This document shows, piece after piece, positions 55,274-64,000 of a stretch of 64,000 nt of DNA. Numbering within the stretch: position 1 is the stretch's first letter; each line of letters starts with the position of its first letter. Source of the stretch: Comamonadaceae bacterium (lineage in GTDB: Bacteria; Pseudomonadota; Gammaproteobacteria; Burkholderiales; Burkholderiaceae_C); assembly GCA_008080595.1 (NCBI GenBank), contig VIKI01000004.1, forward strand, positions 30,212-94,211. The letters run 5' to 3'. Both the position numbers and the translations under genes were made by a program. Under the pieces are notes generated by a model. That model searched no databases. It was not told the origin of the DNA and was given only the letters and a program-made list of their open reading frames with translations.

Positions 55274-55759
55274 ATGACACGCTATTCCATTCTCTTTGTG
55301 TGCACAGACAACCTGAGCCGCAGCCCCACCGCCGAAGAGGTGTTGCGCCAGAAAGCCATCCAACAGGGTCTGGCTAGCCGTGTGGCGGTGGGTTCAGCCG
55401 CTACTGATGATCTGAACACTGGCGAGCCCATTGATTACCACACCCAGAAACACGCTCTGCGCCGGGGGTATGACCTGTCAGCCCAGTGTGTCAGGCTGTT
55501 GCAGCCCGAAGACTTTGAGCGTTTTGATTTGATTTTGGCCATGCAGCAAAGCAACCTGCAAACTCTGCGTAGCCAATGTCCGCCACAGTACCAGTCCAAG
55601 CTGCATGCCTTCACGGACTATGGCACAGACAGAGCTGGTGTCGATGTGCCTGATCCGTTTTATGGTCAAGCCAATGAGCTTGAGCAAGTGCTTGACATCA
55701 TTGAAGACGGTTGTGACGGTGTCTTGCTGCATGTCATGAGCCAACTCGACAAAGCTTGA
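55274..55759 (+). CDS. Low molecular weight protein-tyrosine phosphatase
   Basis: LFVCTDNLSRS P-loop, DVPDPFYG. Confidence 0.88.
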   Translation: MTRYSILFVCTDNLSRSPTAEEVLRQKAIQQGLASRVAVGSAATDDLNTGEPIDYHTQKHALRRGYDLSAQCVRLLQPEDFERFDLILAMQQSNLQTLRSQCPPQYQSKLHAFTDYGTDRAGVDVPDPFYGQANELEQVLDIIEDGCDGVLLHVMSQLDKA

Positions 55760-55790
55760 ACTCCGCCATTGACCCGCCCCGACTGCAATA

Positions 55791-55816
55791 AAAAACGCGC
55801 CCTCAGGCGCGTTTTT
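55791..55816. terminator. Bidirectional terminator downstream of gap
   Basis: AAAAACGCGCC-CTCA-GGCGCGTTTTT. Confidence 0.88.
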
Positions 55817-55835
55817 CATGGAGGGTCAAGCCAGA

Positions 55836-58926
<3,091 letters not shown>

Positions 58927-59113
58927 GGGAATGCTCCGGGGATTGACGGTGACTCAAATAAGGTAGAGCGCGATTTTATGGTGCATGCCAACAGCCATCC
59001 CAAAAACACCGCACCGGGGGGTCTTCTGGGCACGCAGCCCACCCGCTTTGGGGGCCTGTTTGGGCTATGCTTTGCGCTCTTTGCCGAAACCAGCCTCACC
59101 TTGGATACACCCT

Positions 59114-60235
59114 ATGAGCCATTTGTTTACCCCTTTGCATTTGCCCTCCCCACGTGGTGGTCTGACCCTGCCCAACCGCATGGTGGTGGCCCCGATGTGC
59201 CAATACCAGGCACAAAACGGCTGCGCCACCGACTGGCATCTGATGCACTGGGGCAACCTGCTCAACAGCGGCGCGGCGATGTTCACCATCGAAGCCACCG
59301 CAGTGTTGCCTGAAGGCCGCATCACCCCTAACTGTCTGGGTCTGTGGGACGCACGCACCGAGGCGGCGATGGTCGAACATTTACACCGCGCCCGCGCGCT
59401 GGCCCCGAACACTGCCGTATGCATCCAGCTGGCGCACGCCGGGCGCAAGGCCTCCAGTGCGGTGCCTTGGCAAGGTGGGCAACTGCTGTCACCCGAGCAA
59501 GGCGGCTGGCAAACGGTGGCGCCATCTGCATTACCCCACTTGCCTACTGAGGCACCACCCCACGCCCTCACCGCGGAAGAATTGAACAACATCGTCGCAG
59601 CCTTTGTCGCAGCAGCCCAGCGCGCAGACCACATGGGGGTGGATGCGATTGAGCTGCACGGTGCCCACGGCTATTTGCTGCACCAGTTTTTGTCGCCCCT
59701 GGCCAATCAGCGCAGCGATGCATATGGCGGCACATTCGAGAACCGCAGCCGTTTTCCACTGCAGGTGTTTGCCGCCGTGCGTGCCGCTTATGACGGCGTG
59801 CTGGGTCTGCGTTTGTCCGCCACCGACTGGGTCGATGGCGGCTGGGATTTGCCGCAAAGCGTGGCCCTGGCCCAGCAGCTCAAAGCGCTGGGGTGTGACT
59901 TCATCCATGTGTCATCCGGTGGCGTGTCGCCCCAGCAAAAAATCAGCCTGGGAGCAGGCTACCAAGTGCCATTTGCCCGTGCCATCCGGCAAGCCACCGG
60001 CATGGTCACCACCACCGTGGGGCTGATCACCGAACCCCAACAAGCCGAGGCCATTGTGCAAGCAGGGGATGCCGATCTGGTGGCATTGGCCCGGGCCTTT
60101 TTGTACCAGCCGCGCTGGGGCTGGCATGCCGCCGCGGCCTTACAAGGCACGCTGCAAGCCCACCCGGCCTACTGGCGTTGCCTGCCACGTGAAGCGCAGG
60201 CGGTGTTTGGCAAGGTGTCGATCCACCAACGTTAG
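59114..60235 (+). CDS. NADH:flavin oxidoreductase (Old Yellow Enzyme, YqjM/NamA-like)
   Basis: APMCQY, QLAHAGRKAS, HGAHGYLLHQFLSP. Confidence 0.92.
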   Translation: MSHLFTPLHLPSPRGGLTLPNRMVVAPMCQYQAQNGCATDWHLMHWGNLLNSGAAMFTIEATAVLPEGRITPNCLGLWDARTEAAMVEHLHRARALAPNTAVCIQLAHAGRKASSAVPWQGGQLLSPEQGGWQTVAPSALPHLPTEAPPHALTAEELNNIVAAFVAAAQRADHMGVDAIELHGAHGYLLHQFLSPLANQRSDAYGGTFENRSRFPLQVFAAVRAAYDGVLGLRLSATDWVDGGWDLPQSVALAQQLKALGCDFIHVSSGGVSPQQKISLGAGYQVPFARAIRQATGMVTTTVGLITEPQQAEAIVQAGDADLVALARAFLYQPRWGWHAAAALQGTLQAHPAYWRCLPREAQAVFGKVSIHQR

Positions 60236-61965
60236 GGGTCAAGCGCCAGCCGCGCACCGGACAACACCAGGCGCTCAAAGTCAGGCACGGGCACCGGCGG
60301 ACTGAACAGATAGCCTTGCAGCTGGTCGCAGCCCAGCTGGCGCAAAAACGCCATTTGCTCAGGGGTTTCCACCCCTTCGGCCACAATTTCCTGGCGCAGT
60401 TGTTTGGCCAGGGTGATGATCGCCCGGGCAATGGCACAGTCGTTTTCATCGGTGGGCACACCAATCACAAACGCACGGTCAATTTTGAGGGTGGTGATGG
60501 GAAATTTTTTCAGGTAAGACAGGCTGGAGTAACCCGTGCCAAAGTCGTCCATCGACAGCGCCAGGCCCATGGCCACCAGTTCATTCATGATGCTGATGAC
60601 GCCATCTGCGCCACGCACCAGCAGACTCTCGGTGATTTCGAGCTGCAAGCAGCTGGCCGGCAACTGGTAACGCTCCAGCACCGTGCTCAGGCGGTCGGGC
60701 AATAAGCGGTCAAACTGGCGGGCCGACAAATTGACCGCAATCGCGGGCATGACCAAGCCCGCATCCAGCCAGGCACGAATCTGGCGGCAGGCTTCTTCCA
60801 GTACCCAGCTGCCAATGTCCATGATCAGCCCGGTTTCTTCCGCCACCGGAATAAATTTGGCTGGTGACACCATGCCGTTGGTGGGATGACGCCAGCGGAT
60901 CAAGGCTTCAGCTCCCATGATTTGCCCGGTGCGCAGGCTCACCTTGGGCTGGTAATACAAGACCAATTGCTGGGCCACCAAGGCGTGACGCAACTCACCT
61001 TCAAGCTGCCATTTTTCTTTGGCGCGCTGGTTCATTTCGGAACTGTAAAAGAGGTAGCCAGACTCCTCTTCGGCCTTGATGCGGTTGACCGCCACATCGG
61101 CAAAACGCAGCAGAGAGGCTACATCTTGTGCATCATCAGGAAACACCGCAATACCCACGCTCAAGCCCACATGCACCAGTTGGGAGCGCAGATGAAACGG
61201 TGCTTCCATGGCTGCCAGCAATTTTTTGGCCACGATACCGGCATGCTCACGCTGCTCCAAACTGAGCAAGCCCACCACAAATTGGTCGCTGCCCACTTTG
61301 GCCAGCACATCGGTGGTGCGTAAGGTCTGACCAAAACGCTGGCTGATTTGTTTCAGCAACTCGTCTGCCACATCCAGGCCGAGCGAGTCGCTGATGTTGG
61401 ACAGGCGCTCCAGCTCGACCATCATGACCGCCGCCACCTGATGCTGGCGCTTGACGCTGGCCAGCGCCACGTCAAACAACTGGATGAAATGGCTGCGGTT
61501 GGGCAAACCGGTCAGATCGTCAAAATTTGCCAGCCGGACAATGCGCGCCTGCGCCTCATGTAACACGCTGATGTCTGAAAAAATCGAAAACGCATGGGAG
61601 ATGACCCCGGACTGATCCCGCACCACGCTGATCGACACGTTTTGCGGAAACATTTCACCGTTTTTGCGCTTGCCAATGATTTCCCCTTGCCAAGGCCCCG
61701 AACCCGCCATGGCCGCCCTGACCTTGGCACGAAACTCGGCATCATGCACGCCTGAGCGCAGCAAGTCAGTGGTTTTGCCAATCGCCTCGGCACGGCTGAA
61801 ACCGGTGATTTTGGTGAACGCCGCGTTGACCGACACAATGCGCTCATGGGCATCGGTGATCAAAATGCCCTGGTCGCTGTCGTTGAAGATGCGCGAATGC
61901 AGGCGCTGCAGTTCATCGGGGGTCAAATCCGGGTAAATGTCATCATGCTTGGGTAAGTCAGTCAT
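60232..61965 (-). CDS. PAS-GGDEF(degenerate)-EAL phosphodiesterase
   Basis: GSDQF replaces GGDEF; EALIRW and DDFGTGYSS intact. Confidence 0.88.
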   Translation of the reverse strand: MTDLPKHDDIYPDLTPDELQRLHSRIFNDSDQGILITDAHERIVSVNAAFTKITGFSRAEAIGKTTDLLRSGVHDAEFRAKVRAAMAGSGPWQGEIIGKRKNGEMFPQNVSISVVRDQSGVISHAFSIFSDISVLHEAQARIVRLANFDDLTGLPNRSHFIQLFDVALASVKRQHQVAAVMMVELERLSNISDSLGLDVADELLKQISQRFGQTLRTTDVLAKVGSDQFVVGLLSLEQREHAGIVAKKLLAAMEAPFHLRSQLVHVGLSVGIAVFPDDAQDVASLLRFADVAVNRIKAEEESGYLFYSSEMNQRAKEKWQLEGELRHALVAQQLVLYYQPKVSLRTGQIMGAEALIRWRHPTNGMVSPAKFIPVAEETGLIMDIGSWVLEEACRQIRAWLDAGLVMPAIAVNLSARQFDRLLPDRLSTVLERYQLPASCLQLEITESLLVRGADGVISIMNELVAMGLALSMDDFGTGYSSLSYLKKFPITTLKIDRAFVIGVPTDENDCAIARAIITLAKQLRQEIVAEGVETPEQMAFLRQLGCDQLQGYLFSPPVPVPDFERLVLSGARLALDP

Positions 61966-62137
61966 ACGAGTCCCTTATGAGCCATCAACACCAAGGTGTC
62001 TTCCGTGAGCGGGGTTGAGTTGCATGATAGCAAGGAGGCAAAAAGCTGCTTGTGGACAACAAGCCAGCCCAGCCAGAGCCGCCAGAACGTGGCGTTTGGG
62101 CTATGCTTGCCTTCCCCATTCACACCTGAGTCTGCCC

Positions 62138-62953
62138 TTGTCAAACCCTGCCCCCACTCCCAAGCTCGCCACCGCCATGCTGCTGGCCGCTGGCCGGGGT
62201 GAGCGGATGCGCCCGCTCACCGATACCTGTCCGAAACCCTTGCTGACGGTGCAGGGCAAACCGCTGATGCAGTGGCATCTGGAAGCCTTGGCGCAGGGCG
62301 GCTGTGCCAGCGTGGTGGTCAACACCGCTTGGCTGGGGCAGCAGATTGAACAGACTTTTCATGATGTTTTTGAGCTGCAGCGCATATCAGATATGCGCAA
62401 GCAGCTATTTAATTCAGAGCAATCACCACGCTTGAATATTCGTTACTCACACGAAGGCCGGGACTTTGGCGGGGCGCTGGAAACCGCTGGTGGTATTGCC
62501 CGTGCCCTGCCGCTGCTGGACGACGTGTTCTGGCTGATGGCTGGCGATGTGTACACGCCGGGCTTTGAATTTGACCCGATCACACTGACGCGTTTTGCCG
62601 CCAGCGACAAGCTGGCCCACCTGTGGCTGGTGCCCAACCCGGCGCACAACCCCGGTGGTGACTTTGGCTTGCAAGCCAGCCCTGACGGCGGCCCGGCGCT
62701 GGCGCTGAACCTGCCCAAAGACACGGCGCAACCGCGTTACACCTATTCCACCATTGGCCTGTTTCGCCGCGCGTTGTTTCAAACCCCGTGGTGCGACATT
62801 GCCAGCGGCAACCCCGAGGGTGTCAAAGCCCCACTGGCTCCCTTGTTACGCCACGCCATGGACAATCAGCGCATCAGTGCCGAGCTGTACACCGGGCCGT
62901 GGACCGATGTCGGAACCCCCCAGCGGCTGGCCGAACTCAACACATTGCCATGA
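62138..62953 (+). CDS. murU: Nucleotidyltransferase, MurNAc-alpha-1-P uridylyltransferase-like
   Basis: AAGRGERMRPLT..PKPL, LETAGGI, WTDVGTP. Confidence 0.82.
   Translation: MSNPAPTPKLATAMLLAAGRGERMRPLTDTCPKPLLTVQGKPLMQWHLEALAQGGCASVVVNTAWLGQQIEQTFHDVFELQRISDMRKQLFNSEQSPRLNIRYSHEGRDFGGALETAGGIARALPLLDDVFWLMAGDVYTPGFEFDPITLTRFAASDKLAHLWLVPNPAHNPGGDFGLQASPDGGPALALNLPKDTAQPRYTYSTIGLFRRALFQTPWCDIASGNPEGVKAPLAPLLRHAMDNQRISAELYTGPWTDVGTPQRLAELNTLP
62365..62420 (-). repeat. Element R15, in frame in murU (antisense)
   Basis: Reverse strand GCTCT-GAATTAA-ATAGC-TGCTT-GCGCAT-ATCTGAT-ATGCGC-TGCAGCTC-AAAAACA, encoding FELQRISDMRKQLFNSE. Confidence 0.88.
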
Positions 62954-64000
62954 ACTCCAACGCCATCTACACCCAGCGCCGCGCCCAACTGGCGGCAAAA
63001 ATTGGCCCGAACAGTGTGGCCATCATTCCCACCGCACCGGAGCAGCAGCGCAACCGCGACAGCGACTTTCCGTACCGGCCCGACAGCTATTTTTATTACC
63101 TGTGTGGCTTCACCGAACCCCGCGCCTGGCTGGTGATCAGCGGCGACGGCCAGACCACTTTGTTTTGCCAGCCCAAAGACCTGGAGCGTGAAATCTGGGA
63201 CGGCTACCGGCTCGGCCCGGAAGCCGCGCCGGGCCAACTGGCGGTGAACGCCGCTTTTTCCGTGACCGAGCTGGATGCCAAGCTGCCCGCCCTGCTGGAT
63301 GGCCGTGAGGCGGTGTGGTTCCCGTTTGCCACCCACAAGGGCCTGGAAACCCGGCTGGACGGCTGGCTGGGCAGCTTGCGTGGCCGGGTGCGTTACGGCA
63401 GCCTGTGCCCGCAGACCCAGCGCGATCTGTGTGGTGTGCTCGATGAAATGCGGCTGGTGAAAGACCCACATGAGCAAGCCATCATGCGCCGCGCCGGGCA
63501 GATCAGTGCCGCAGCGCACATTCGCGCCATGCAATGCTCGGTGCACATGCTGCAGGCTGATCAAGAGCTGCGTGAGTACCACCTGGAAGCCGAGTTGCTG
63601 CACGAGTTCCGCCGCCACGGCTCCCAGTTTCCGGCCTACGGCTCAATCGTCGCGGCCGGGGCCAACGCCTGCGTGCTGCATTACCGGGCTGACCGGGGCC
63701 TGATCCGCAATGGTGAGCTGGTGCTGATTGATGCCGCCTGCGAGTTGGACGGTTATGCCAGCGACATCACCCGCACCTTCCCGGCCAATGGGCGCTTCAC
63801 CGGGCCGCAGCGCACGCTGTATGAGCTGGTGCTGGCCGCGCAAGAGGCCGCCATTGCCGCCACCCGGGCCGGGGCTCGCTTTACCGACCCGCACGATGCC
63901 GCCGTCAAAGTGCTGGCGCAAGGCATGCTGGATGTGGGGTTGCTCGACAAGAACAAGGTGGGCAGCCTGCAAGACGTGATTGAAAAACGCGCCTACTTCC
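62950..64000 (+). CDS. pepP: Xaa-Pro aminopeptidase, runs off window
   Basis: MNSNAIYTQRR...RNRDSDFPYRPDSYFYYLCGFTEP; LIDAACELDGYASDITRTFP. Confidence 0.93.
   Translation, partial: MNSNAIYTQRRAQLAAKIGPNSVAIIPTAPEQQRNRDSDFPYRPDSYFYYLCGFTEPRAWLVISGDGQTTLFCQPKDLEREIWDGYRLGPEAAPGQLAVNAAFSVTELDAKLPALLDGREAVWFPFATHKGLETRLDGWLGSLRGRVRYGSLCPQTQRDLCGVLDEMRLVKDPHEQAIMRRAGQISAAAHIRAMQCSVHMLQADQELREYHLEAELLHEFRRHGSQFPAYGSIVAAGANACVLHYRADRGLIRNGELVLIDAACELDGYASDITRTFPANGRFTGPQRTLYELVLAAQEAAIAATRAGARFTDPHDAAVKVLAQGMLDVGLLDKNKVGSLQDVIEKRAYF

Overview
Betaproteobacterial chromosome segment; gene content and order suggest Comamonadaceae, Rhodoferax-like (inference). It spans the gyrB-dnaN-dnaA / rpmH-rnpA-yidD-yidC-mnmE core locus, tRNA-Arg(CCG), kdsD-kdsC-lptC, gap-tkt and murU-pepP, plus four GGDEF/EAL proteins. 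An ~18.5 kb mosaic accessory region (28.9-47.4 kb) holds a TRAP/TAXI transporter with DctBD, a ferric-reductase/cytochrome b5 module, a large secreted Ig-domain protein, a NarL-type two-component pair and a Schlafen/AlbA_2 gene. No integrase, transposase or CRISPR is present. The main unexplained signal is a ~55 bp bipartite palindrome, consensus approx. RCTAY-N7-RTAGC-TGCTT-GCGCTT-N7-AAGCGC-TAGAGGCC-AATTT, found by eye 15 times. It occurs intergenically, as an apparent in-frame insertion in proteins, and overprinted with rare codons in essential genes (gyrB, tkt). Seven co-oriented copies lie across 35.8-48.5 kb, several at module junctions beside a duplicated gene 3' end and 5'-truncated gene fragments, suggesting a recombination or gene-capture signal. 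Also noted: a Bacillus Tgl-like transglutaminase homologue coupled to an acyltransferase-3 gene, a clan-CD-like peptidase motif in the Ig protein, and six genes with indel lesions, three in C4-dicarboxylate/gluconeogenesis functions. All alignments were done by eye.
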